NCBI GenBank assembly: GCA_963793265.1
Contig: CAWBZI010000006.1
Coordinates: forward strand, 1-64,000
DNA: 64,000 nucleotides
Direction of reading: 5' to 3'
Source: an uncultured cyanobacterium
GTDB lineage: Bacteria > Cyanobacteriota > Cyanobacteriia > Phormidesmidales > Phormidesmidaceae
Position 1 is the stretch's first letter, and each line of letters opens with the position of its first letter. The position numbers and the translations under genes are program-made. Below the pieces are notes generated by a model. That model made no database searches. It was not told the origin of the DNA and saw nothing but the letters and a program-made list of their open reading frames with translations. Below, one piece after another: positions 44,428 through 54,762 of the stretch.

Positions 44428-44456
44428 ATAATAGGCGTATTTCTACGTAGATGCAA
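44428..44456 (-). promoter_or_regulatory. sigma70-type promoter with palindrome in spacer
   Basis: Minus strand TTGCAT-N17-TATTAT; TCTACGTAGA palindrome between the boxes. Confidence 0.55.
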
Positions 44457-44576
44457 GCTGTTTTATCTGCGTTTCGTAACGACACTGCAATCTGTAGGCT
44501 TAAGCCTTGTTTCCTACATCAGCCGTTTTTCTGATGAGCTGCAATAATCATCTATAGAAAGCAGGTTTTTCCAGCC

Positions 44577-45140
44577 ATGGTACAAACGCCCACAAGAACC
44601 CTCACCTTAGAAGATTTTTTGCAGCAGCCTGAGACGAAGCCTGCGAGCGAGTATATCGATGGTCAAATTATTCAAAAGCCGATGCCGAAAGCAGAGCACA
44701 GTGTCATTCAAGGTGACTTATTGACCGCTATAAACTCGGCTATCAAAGGAAATCAAATCGGGCGTGCTTTTCCAGAACTACGTTGTACGTTCGATAACCG
44801 CTCGATTGTTCCTGACATTACCGTATTACCTTGGTCAGCCATTCCCAGACGAGAAGATGGCAAAGTGACAGGAGATCTTTTCGCCGCGCCTAACTGGATG
44901 ATTGAGATTTTATCGCCAAGGCAGAGCCAGATGAAGGTCTTTAAAAAAATTGCGTACGCGCTAGCAAACGGCACTCAGTTAGCATGGCTGATTGATCCTG
45001 CTGAAGAATGTGTAGTCGGCTACACGACTGATCTCCGGTCGATACTGTACGAGGCACCTGATGCGCAGTTACCCGTGCCAGAGTTTGCTGCGGACTTTCA
45101 ACTAACCGTAGGTGAGCTAGTAGCCTGGCTGTACGGGTAG
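44577..45140 (+). CDS. Uma2-family endonuclease
   Basis: ETKPASEYIDG, PELRCTF, VPDI, IEILSP and WLIDP motifs. Confidence 0.92.
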   Translation: MVQTPTRTLTLEDFLQQPETKPASEYIDGQIIQKPMPKAEHSVIQGDLLTAINSAIKGNQIGRAFPELRCTFDNRSIVPDITVLPWSAIPRREDGKVTGDLFAAPNWMIEILSPRQSQMKVFKKIAYALANGTQLAWLIDPAEECVVGYTTDLRSILYEAPDAQLPVPEFAADFQLTVGELVAWLYG

Positions 45141-45150
45141 CATAAATAAC

Positions 45151-45300
45151 TGATACCGATTATTACAGAATCGCGGCAGTCGCTGCCAGCACAAGCACAG
45201 CAAAAGTGAGAAATTAGTAACTATCCCTGAAATACTAAGCGACGAATTAGCGCCTGGAACGCTCAGCAATACTTTGAAACAAGCAGGTCTAAAACCATAA
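45151..45300 (+). pseudogene. hicA: HicA toxin relic
   Basis: *YRLLQNRGSRCQHKH...VTIP....DELAPGTLSNTLKQAGLKP*; no start codon; GSH catalytic His replaced by Arg. Confidence 0.75.
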
Positions 45301-45512
45301 AGTACTTAATCGTTATCGAAAAAACTCAGACCGGATTTTCAGCATATTCTCCCGATCTTCCTGGCTGTATCACAACAGGAGCCACGCAAGAGGAGACGGC
45401 TAGACATATGGAAGAAGCCGTCACCTTCCACATAGAAGGTCTACAGCTCGAAGGTGAACCCGTGCCCAAACCATCAAGTACGTCCGCATATGTAGAAGCT
45501 TCTGTTGCCTAG
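45297..45512 (+). pseudogene. hicB: short HicB antitoxin with ATA in place of ATG
   Basis: (I)KYLIVIEKTQTGFSAYSPDLPGCITTGAT.EE...MEEAVTFHIEGL...GEPVP; body intact. Confidence 0.8.
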
Positions 45513-45584
45513 TGTCACTCAGAGTTTATTTGCGGTGGGTAGTGGTTTTTGAAGTGATCGCATTTAAGAAAGGAGTCGTAACGC

Positions 45585-48500
45585 TCAGCTAGCTTCTGAT
45601 GCTAGACGACTAACCTGTTCCGTTGCCCAAGTGCGGAGTTCTTCGTCAGTGTCATTCTTCGCTCTATCGCGGAGGAGTTCAATAGTTTTGGGATGTTCAG
45701 GATACTGACTGGCCAAAATGTCCAGAGCAATATGGCAGGAGTTATTCTCAAATAAGATAGTGTTCTCGAAATTAAATGTGCGTCCTACTTCAAAGGGTTC
45801 TTGAAGCACGAGGTCACACCAAAATTCAAACAGACTCAACTCGTCTTTCCAATCTCTTGCCAGTTCCTGGACGGCTAATCTACGAACATACTCACTATCG
45901 TCTTTTTGAGCCTGTGCTTTGAGAGTTTTCAACGTTTCTATATCGTCTTTCCATCCTCCCGCTAGTGCTTCAGTGGCTGCACTTCGAACGCTAGCGCTTC
46001 CGTTGCTTTGAGCTTGAATTACAAGCCAAGGAAATGTGCTCGGATTATCTTTCCATCCTCTTGCTATTCCTTGAACTGCTACAACATAAACGTATTCGTC
46101 TATACGATCAATGTATTCATCTTCACTGACTTCAGCAATGCACTTAAGCCAAGGTAAAATTGAGGAGTCATCCTTCCAATTTTCTGATATCTCTCTGATT
46201 GCAGTAATACCAAGATTCGTGCGTTTCTTAGCAATAGTCTTAAGCCAAGGTAGAGTCTCAGATGCATTATTCCACTCTTTTGCTATCTTTGCTATCGCCA
46301 AAGACACACCCGAAGAAAAATCATTTGATTCCTGAACGAAGGATTTTAGCCAAGGCAGAGTTTCAGGTTTGTCTTTCCAGCCTCTAACAATCTTATCAAT
46401 TGTCTCTTCTACAGCACTGTTGTTCGCTTGAAAAACATCATCTTCAGCCGCTTCCTTAAGCAGTCTTAAAACCACATCCGACAATTCATCTAACTCACTA
46501 TCAGATTGAGTTTCATTCAACTCCAATAAGCAATCTGTTGCCAGTAGTATTTTACTTAGGCCACCTTGATAAAGTTCTATCACGGAAGCAGGATTCCAAT
46601 AACCGTCCTTGCTTTCAATGTGCTGATCTACTAAGAAGGCGATAAGCCTCTTTGAGAAAGAGTAGTCTATCATCGTTGCTGTTAGCCGTAGTACCTCATT
46701 CCAAGATTCATCCCAAGAAAGCTTTTCATAGAGATTTTCTAAGTCTTCAATGCCAATATTTTGCTGTCTCTCAAACTGATAAACAAGCTCGCTCGCACAA
46801 AAATACTCTAAAAACGTGCGATGAACAAACGCATAATTATCAGCTCCGAGATAACACAAAATAAAATTGCGCTCCCTCAACTGTTCAATCATTACCCTAG
46901 CCACCGGACGCGCCCTATCCACATCCTGCTTCTTCAAATACTCCGTCAAGATCTCTTCTAAATCATCTCGACTAATCACATTCCCCGAAAGCCCATCCTC
47001 ATTCGCCTGCATGTGATACGCCACCTTCCGCAGCATCGCCTGCTTATCGCGCCTACCGATTTGCCAGTGCTTCAAATCCTCCTGCTCATGAAGCTTCACG
47101 TCTACGTCCCACTGATGCAGCAGCACCTCCGAAGCTTTCTCATACAACATTGCCCGATCCTTCGGCAGCTCCTGATTCCGATTCAAAATCGCCATCATCG
47201 TCAACAACAGCGGATTCCCCGCCAGCTCCCGAATCGCCCTAGATTCCGTGATCGCCTTCTGCAACCGCCCCTGCTTTCTCTCCCGCTCCGCCTGCTGCCC
47301 CTTCGTAAACGTCAGCCCATGCCATCGCTCCAAAAAATCCTCAATCTGTTCATCATTCAAATCCTGCAACATATAGTGCGCAAACTCCGCCTTCCGCAGA
47401 GCCTCAGCCTTATACCCTAGCCACCGAGAAGTCACCACCATCTGCACCGCCCCATACTGATTGCTAAACCGATGGATATCCGTCACCACCGCCTCCCGCA
47501 GCTTCGGATCAAACACCTCATCCACCCCATCAAACAGCGCCACCGCCTTCCCACCCTTTAGCAGCGCATCCAGCTCAAGCTGATTCAGTCGGCAAGCCGT
47601 ATTCCCCTTGTGCAAATACTCCAAGAAATCATTACAAATTCTCTTCTCCTTGTCCTGCGCATACAGCCGCAGCTCAATCAAAAGCGGGATCGGCTTACCC
47701 TTCAGCTCTGCCAGCGGCCTATCCGCCCAGCTCAACGCCAAAGCCCTTAGCAGCGTAGACTTCCCCGCCCCCGGATCGCCCAAAATCACACATCGCAAAA
47801 CCGAACCCGGCCCCTCCAATCCCACCACGCCCCGCACCGACTCAATCGGCCTATCCGCATAGTTCCGCCGCTGCTGCTCCAAAGCATCAGGCGACAATAG
47901 CAGATCAATCTCACCCGCCGCCTGCAATGCCAACAGCCGCTCCTTCGGCAGCTCATACATCTGCGGCGCAAACTCCGCACACTCGCGCACATCCTGCGCC
48001 ACAAAAATCTTCCACAGCCGCAAATTGTCATAAGCCGCCCCCGCCGTATCCAACGAGTCCAAGCTCAAGCTCCCAAACCGCTCCTTCAGCGACTCCTGAT
48101 ACTCCCGCAAATTGAACTGAACTGGCACCCCAACCAGCGCCTCATTACTCTCCTTAATCGCCCGCTGCTGATCCAGATCCAACTGCCTAGCTAGCTCAGC
48201 GTCCTTACGAACCAGCCCTTTCACCCGCCGAACATAATTTCTTACCACATCCTCCCATTGAAACTCTTCAGGAAAATTAGTCGGTGGAGACAGCGTACTC
48301 CACACGCTCGGCAATAGCTGCCAGTCAATGCTCTCAACGTCAGACTCAAACGCTCGACACAGCTCTCGCGTTACCGATTCAGTTGCCAGCAAACGTCCCA
48401 AAGGTTTTGCTAGCTCATGCCTAATCAGCGCTCTTGTCCAGCCACAATTTTCCAGCTCATCCCCAAACAGCTGAATAAAATTTTTAAGCGACTGATTCAT

Positions 48501-48660
48501 CGCCTTCTTCAAAGCATCCGGCGCACTCAACGCCAGCATATCCTCCGCCCCTTGCTTCAGGCGGTCTTTAAACAAGTCCTCAGCAGCAGCCTTCGCCAAA
48601 GGCCCAACCACCTCTTTCAAAAACACACCCGAGCTGAGCCAGCATCAAAGATTCCAGCAT
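45585..48660 (-). CDS. NACHT NTPase with C-terminal HEAT-like repeats (STAND family)
   Basis: GDPGAGKS, LFDGVDE, VVTSR, NPLLL and FVHRTFLEYF motifs; WKD repeats; likely true start ATG48660 is one base out of frame with GTG48626. Confidence 0.88.
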
Positions 48661-48854
48661 GTTCTAAATCAGTACGCATTATCTACACCGAGACTATGCC
48701 ACTTATCGACAAAACTTGCTGTAAGCCTGCTCCATTCACAAAAAACTTTAACCTAACCCATACAGCCTTCTCGCAGCCCATACATCTCCGCTAGCGAAGA
48801 TAACAACCGTACATCGCTAAAATAGAGACCTATCAAAAATATCTGGGTAAGCAC

Positions 48855-49116
48855 ATGACCGTATCACCAGAAACTAAAACTAAAGTAAAGCCCAATATCG
48901 ATCCCGTCACTTTAGAACTTCCATCCCTCTCCCGCCACGCTATAGACGAGCTATACCACTTCCTACAATACCTACAGTTCAAACATCAGGTAGACCTCGA
49001 ACCCGCTATCGAAGCAATAGAAGACGAAATAGATGTTTTGACGCCGACGTTGCCCGCCAAGAACCTGGAGAAGCTATTCACTAGCCAATCGTAAACATGA
49101 GCTAGGCATAGAATGA
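48855..49116 (+). CDS. putative antitoxin, apparently frameshifted near 3' end
   Basis: IEAIEDEID acidic motif; alternative frames give DADVARQEPGE and KHELGIE*, overlapping the relE ATG. Confidence 0.55.
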
Positions 49117-49369
49117 CCTACCAGAGTTTTTATCGAGCCTCTGGCAAGAGGCAAATCAGCAAGCTGTCGACAACCGTTCAGGAGTCTTACTTGCCGTATC
49201 ATTACCCTAGAGCAAGACCCCCGACCGTCAAGGCTGCAAAAAGCTTAAAGGCCGAAAGAACGAATATCGTATTCGTTCGGGAAACTATCGCGTTATTTAC
49301 GCGGTTGAAGATACAAAACTCCTTGTCAGAGTCGTAAAAGCAGGCCACAGAAAGGATGCATACGAATAA
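49113..49369 (+). pseudogene. RelE/ParE toxin, frameshifted (possibly sequencing error)
   Basis: 3' frame reads GCKKLKGRKNEYRIRSGNYRVIYAVEDTKLLVRVVKAGHRKDAYE*. Confidence 0.8.
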
Positions 49370-49372
49370 TCG

Positions 49373-50741
49373 ATGTTTCAAACCACCCGTCGCCGCCTCG
49401 CCCTCTGGTACACCACCGTCACCGCCGTCCTGCTTCTCCTCTTCGCCACTGGCGTCTACACCTACGTTCGCACCACCCTCGTCGAACGCGTTGACGACAC
49501 CCTCAACCACGTGATCGAAATCGTCGAACGCTCCCTCATCATCGAAGACAGCCAAACTGAAAGCGGCCAAACTGACAGCGGCCACACTGAAAGCGGCCAG
49601 ATCGAAAGCATACCAAGCGTCAACATCGAAGCCAGCTTCCGCCATAGCGAAGAAGCCAGCGAAGACGATCGCATCGATCTCGAATGGTTTGACCCCGACG
49701 GCAACTTCCAGTGGAGCACCTTCTCCAAATCTCCCAAAATTCCGCTTCACGTCAATCCCAACGGCGAAACCATCATTCCCCCCGACAGCCTCGCCCTGCG
49801 ACAAATTACCCAGCGCGTCACGTCAGGCTCCCAACTCCTCGGCTATCTCCGCGTCAGCCATCCCTGGTTCGAAGTCTCTAAGCCCAGCCGCCAGCTCATT
49901 ATCGATCTTGGCTTTGGCATCACCGTCATGATCATCACCGTCGCCAGGCATCGGCTGGTTTCTCTCTGGCCTCGCGATGCGCCCATCGTCCGCGACTCCT
50001 ACCAGCAGCTAAAACAGTTCACCGCCGACGCCTCCCACGAGCTGCGCAACCCCATCGCCGTCATTCAAACCAACGTCCAGGTTGCCCTCGCCGACCCGAT
50101 GAACAGTTTCAGCGCAGCCAGCTCGAAGTGATAGAACGCTTAACCCGCAGGCTTGGCAGACTCGTTGACGATCTGTTGTTTCTTGCCCGGCAAGAGAGTG
50201 GCCTGATCCCCATACAAAAAGACGATGCATAACACTCTCTACGCTGCTCAAAAATGTCTTTGAAGAACAACAGGCGATCGCCCAAAAAAAGCACTCACCT
50301 TCTCCTACCACGAAAATCACCCGCCAATTCGCCCACCTATTTACTCAAGGCGATCCCGACCAGCTCACCCGCCTGTTCACTAACCTCATCGCCAACGCCA
50401 TCCACTACACCCCCAACGGCAGCATCACCGTCAGCCTCGAAACCAGCCGCCCACAGCACCACCGTCACCGTCAAGACACCGGCATCGGCATCCCCACCCA
50501 AGATCTCAGCCACATCTTCGACCGCTTTTACCGCGTTGACGCCGCTCGCTCTCGCAAAGCTGGGGGCTCAGGGCTAGGGCTTGCGATCGCCAAAATCATC
50601 ACCGACAATCACCACGGCCAGCTCACTCTCACCAGCGAACTCGACCAAGGCACCACCGCCACCGTCACCTTACCCGCCAAGCCCGCCGCCAAATCCTTAA
50701 ACGCCCAAAAAGAAACGCCTAGCCGCATAACCGCAAACTAG
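49373..50741 (+). pseudogene. sensor histidine kinase (possibly ManS-like) with multiple frameshifts
   Basis: TM, H-box DASHELRNP, NLIANA, DTGIGI, FDRFYR and GSGLGLAI lie in different frames. Confidence 0.8.
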
Positions 50742-50775
50742 ACGCCTCTCAACTTCTGTAGAACCAAACTACTGC

Positions 50776-51575
50776 TCAGTCGCCATGCTGACGTTCCGGC
50801 CCAAACGTGCGCTCTTCAGGCATTCCCATCTCACCCATCGGCTCAGCCTTCGATTGATTGTACGAATACATCACGCCGCCCGCATTTCCCACGCGCACCG
50901 TAATCGACTGATCCGCAGCCCAAGACCGCTTCTCACCCTGCTCCAAAATCGCCTCAAACTCAGTCGAACCATCCGCAATCACCCGCACCCAAGACTGTCC
51001 GTCAGCACCAAATTCACCTCAACCGGCTTCTCTTGCACCTTAGGCTTCAGTCAGGCTCAACAACCGGAGCCTCAGGCTGAGCTGCCTCCGTCTGCTGAGG
51101 CATGAACTGCTCAATCGCCTCTGGATTCAAAATCGGCTGAGCCGTCATATCTGGCGCACTCCGCTGCAAAAAGCCAGATAGCGCACTCACCGCACCCATA
51201 ATCAGCAGCATATAGGCCGCGTATAGATGCAAAGGTCGTAGCTGAGCTGCCGGAGAATCCTTCCAAGAAGAACGCGGCGGATTGACCACAGGGCGCGTAA
51301 AAAACTGACTCGCAATCGTCTCGCCATCTAGGCCCAAAGCGTTACCGTACCGTCTCAGCAGCGCTCGAATGTAAATCGGTTCAGGCAGCTCAGACACTTT
51401 GCCCTGCTCCAAAGCAGCCAGCAGCATCTGACGAATCAACGTTCGCTTTTCAATTGCCTCTAAAGACAGACCTCGCTGCAACCGGGCTTGTTTAAGCATA
51501 GTTGCCGAGTGAAAAAAGCTGCTCTTGCTGTAGCTGCTGGGCGGTGGGTTCCTTAATACGAGCTTTCTGCTTCAT
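50776..51575 (-). pseudogene. RodZ-like HTH + DUF4115 protein, frameshifted
   Basis: LKQARLQRGLSL...LPEPIYI HTH, TM, and SWVRVIADG...VGNAGG, split across frames at about 51502 and 51050. Confidence 0.8.
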
Positions 51576-51648
51576 GGGTTCGGCGAGGTTAAATAAGGCA
51601 GTGAAAATAGTTGTAACGTGTATTGCTTAAGGGCTATTTAGAAAGAAC

Positions 51649-52423
51649 CTAAGACTTTAATAAAGGTATTGCACGAGGCGGTGTAGTGGAAGTGATTGCG
51701 GCGTCATTCTTGAGCAAATCAACCTCATCGTTTCTAAGTAAACGATACTGCCCACGAGGCAAACTTCCCAGTGCCAATGAGCCAATTTTTGTTCTGTGCA
51801 GGGCTGTCACAGGGTATCCCAAAGACTCAGCGACCCGCCGAATCTGTCGATTGCGGCCTTCTCTTATGGTCACCTCTAACAAAGCTCGCTCATCAGAAAG
51901 CTTTTTAACCAAAGCGACTCTGGCAGGCAATGTTTTGCGGTTTTCAAGCATCACGCCTGAACGCCACTGCTTAAGCACACTCCTCAGAAGGCGATCCCTG
52001 CACCCGCACCTGGTAGGTTTTGGGCATCTGGTGGCTTGGGTGCGTGAGCCGAAAGGTCAAATCACCGTCGTTGGTCAGCAAGAGTGCGCCCGTAGAGTCA
52101 ATATCTAAGCGACCGACCGGATGAATGCCCATTCCAGTTTGCAGAGAAGTCTCTAACAAATCTAAAACAGTCTTACGCCCTTGGGGATCGCTACAGGTAG
52201 AAACCACGTCTCTCGGCTTATGTAGCAAAAGATAAACGCAGCGGGGCGGCTTGCTTATCTCAATACCATCAACACAAATGCGATCGCTTAGCCCGTCAGC
52301 CTGCTGACCAATTTCAGCGACCTTTCCGTTTACCGTCACCCGACCGCTCAAAATCAGCTTTTCAGCCTGACGCCTGGAAGCAACGCCCCTCTGCGATAGC
52401 AGCTTTTGCAGCCTTTCGGTCAT
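51649..52423 (-). pseudogene. RsuA/RluB-family pseudouridine synthase with one frameshift at about 51980
   Basis: S4 domain ERLQK..SRR; GRLD motif; EGRNRQIRR in the second frame. Confidence 0.88.
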
Positions 52424-52870
52424 AAAACAACGCGGCTAGATTTAGATGCAGATGATAATAGCTTTATCGCCTTAAGAAAAGCGTATGCGTATAATTGGCT
52501 ACGTACAAAGCCTTAGCAAACGTAGCCTTTACGGATACTTACTTATTCAAGCAGGTATCTTTAGGTATTCACAAGGGGGGAATCCCACTGCAGGTAAAAG
52601 ATTTCACATATTCGTAATCGCAAAGCAAGGTACAAATACTATCTTTTACGCCGTAACCCTCATAAAGACAGACGCTAACAGCCTATCGCTACGTCTATCT
52701 GCTTAAGCAAAAACAACGACGACCTCACAATCTCTTTAAACAAATAGTTGAGAACGCCCGGTAAAGCGAACTCAAAAAGTAATCTAAACCGCCTCAAGCG
52801 TTTGCGCAATAGCTAAACTACCTTCTCTACAAGGTTTAAAAAATGACTGCTAGTTCATAGTTTTCACGAG

Positions 52871-54229
52871 CTACTGACTCGGTAGCCACACCCGCATCCA
52901 AGCGCCCCCCGTTTCAGGGCTATTGCTAGCCTCCACGTGCCCCTGATGCGACTCAACAATTTGCCGTACAATTGCTAGGCCCAAACCCGTACCGCTGCTA
53001 GAAAGCTCAGCCATCTCGACCGAATCCACACGCTTTGAGTCCGCTGCACTCAAACTCGTACCGTGCGATCGCGCCAAATCAGCCCGATAAAATCGATCGA
53101 ACACGTGAGGCAAGTCCTTATCATCAAGCCCTGTACCTGCATCAATCACTTCGATCAAAATATAGTCTTTAGCAGCACTGTCTTTAACAATACTATTGTC
53201 AGAAAGGCCCTCCTTAAAGCGATCAGGAGACGCGGATGAAAGACTCATCCTGACCTGAATAACTTGCTCAGGTGGCGAGTACTTCACCGCATTGCTCAAT
53301 AGGTTAAAGAGCACCCGATGCATCAAGCTAGGGTTAAAACGAGCCGTCAAATAGTCTGGGCCTTGATAGTCCAAGCTTAGCTCGCTCAGCTTCGCGAGTG
53401 GTTCGATGCTCTGCCACACAGACTGAATCAAAGCGACCAAATCCACTTCATCCTCAGCAGATAGCTGCGATCGCCGCTGCTCCAAACTGCTCATATTCAG
53501 CACATCATCCACCAGCTTACTCAAGCGAATCACCTCTTTAAGCAGCCGTTCCACCCAGCTTGTCAAAGCCGGATCGACGCGCGATTGCAGCGTTTCGCCC
53601 ACCAGCCGAATAGAGGTCAGCGGCGTTTTTAGCTCGTGAGCCACATCCGAAATCCAGCGATCGCGCTGCTGTGCCAAACTCAGCGCCTCCTGCCGGTTTT
53701 CTAAAAAGATCCCAACATGACCATGGCTAATCGGTAGCCCATAGCCCTGAAGCGGACAGGCAGGCCGCTCCAAATAGTTAAACGGATCGGTAGAAATAGA
53801 ATTAAACGTCCACTGCGCCTCGCTCATCTGCTGAGTTTGCCGCGTCCGCTCTACTAGCTGATCGAGTTCATAAGATCTCACCAGCGCCAGCAACAGCCGA
53901 GGCGGTGAATAGTCACTCTGCCCAATATCCAAAAATTCTTGAGCCCTTTGGTTACACCACAGCAGCCGGTTTTCCTCATCCACCTGCAAATAGCCAATTG
54001 GCGCATTCTTAAGCACCTGCCGCAGATCCTGCAACTGTTCGTTCAGGCTGCTCGTCTGCGCCTGCCGCTGAGCGATCACGCTTGCCACTTGAGCGTCATA
54101 TCCCAAAGTAGATGCCGGTTGCCGGTCTTCTAACCGATTCAGCAACCGTTTCATTTTGGCATTATCCCTCTGGCGAGAGACAAATAATAAGCCCAACCCA
54201 ACCAGCAACCCTATGACGAATCCCAGCAC
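52871..54229 (-). CDS. sphS: phosphate-sensing histidine kinase (SphS/PhoR-like)
   Basis: Single N-terminal TM, PAS-like APIGYLQVDEENRLLWCN, VRSYELD, DVAHELKTPL, FDRFYR. Confidence 0.75.
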   Translation of the reverse strand: MLGFVIGLLVGLGLLFVSRQRDNAKMKRLLNRLEDRQPASTLGYDAQVASVIAQRQAQTSSLNEQLQDLRQVLKNAPIGYLQVDEENRLLWCNQRAQEFLDIGQSDYSPPRLLLALVRSYELDQLVERTRQTQQMSEAQWTFNSISTDPFNYLERPACPLQGYGLPISHGHVGIFLENRQEALSLAQQRDRWISDVAHELKTPLTSIRLVGETLQSRVDPALTSWVERLLKEVIRLSKLVDDVLNMSSLEQRRSQLSAEDEVDLVALIQSVWQSIEPLAKLSELSLDYQGPDYLTARFNPSLMHRVLFNLLSNAVKYSPPEQVIQVRMSLSSASPDRFKEGLSDNSIVKDSAAKDYILIEVIDAGTGLDDKDLPHVFDRFYRADLARSHGTSLSAADSKRVDSVEMAELSSSGTGLGLAIVRQIVESHQGHVEASNSPETGGAWMRVWLPSQ

Positions 54230-54332
54230 TGTATTCAGGCACTCCTACACAGTGGTCAAGCCTACAATATACAGCAACGAAAAAAGGCACATTCTACAAT
54301 GCGCCTCGTATGTTCGGATATTGAATTTCTAA

Positions 54333-54376
54333 AAGTCTAAAGGCCGAATCAAATCAGCCTTATCGAGTCAAGACTT
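54333..54376 (-). terminator. terminator after DUF4278 gene
   Basis: Minus strand AAGTCT..AAGGCTGA-loop-TCGGCCTT.AGACTT followed by TT. Confidence 0.5.
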
Positions 54377-54553
54377 CTAGCGGACAACTGCGCCCCGGTA
54401 CTTGAGCACATCGCTGGTCTTGCGAGCAGCCGCACCAACCGCACGACGCACATGGTAGGTAGCGCCACGGTAGTGACCAATTTCTTCAGTCTCAGTGACT
54501 TCAACAGCAGGTGCAGTCGTGTTGTACTTTACGCCGCGATAAGATAGTTGCAT
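54377..54553 (-). CDS. DUF4278-family small protein (missing from ORF track)
   Basis: MQLSYRGVKY...GHYRGATY...LKYRGAVVR*, 58 aa with three YRG motifs; GAGG RBS. Confidence 0.88.
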   Translation of the reverse strand: MQLSYRGVKYNTTAPAVEVTETEEIGHYRGATYHVRRAVGAAARKTSDVLKYRGAVVR

Positions 54554-54589
54554 GGTATTCGCCTCAAATAGAGTGTGTATTTGTAAGAG

Positions 54590-54689
54590 GCGCGTTCCTT
54601 CAGAGCCGTTAAGCCCTTACTTCCGTCTTTACATCCAACAGCGACCGTTAGTGAACTTCAAGGTCAGTACTGAATAAAAGATGAACGCT
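54590..54689 (-). ncRNA. glutamine riboswitch (glnA-motif type) with extended P2
   Basis: Minus strand CGTTCATCT...AGACGGAAGTAAG...CTGAAGGAACGCG consensus blocks upstream of DUF4278. Confidence 0.85.
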
Positions 54690-54699
54690 TTGTTTTTCT

Positions 54700-54713
54700 G
54701 TATTCAATTATAC
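54700..54713 (-). promoter_or_regulatory. NtcA box overlapping TATAAT -10 element
   Basis: Minus strand GTA-TAATTGAA-TAC (GTA-N8-TAC) containing TATAAT. Confidence 0.65.
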
Positions 54714-54762
54714 GGTTTTGAAAAACAGTTAACAATAGGTACAAACACCTTTTCTTGATTTC

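Noticed and set aside
52424..52870. sRNA or 73-aa ORF in the long intergenic gap
   Set aside because: Only one short hairpin (GGCTACGT/ACGTAGCC) and no recognisable motif.
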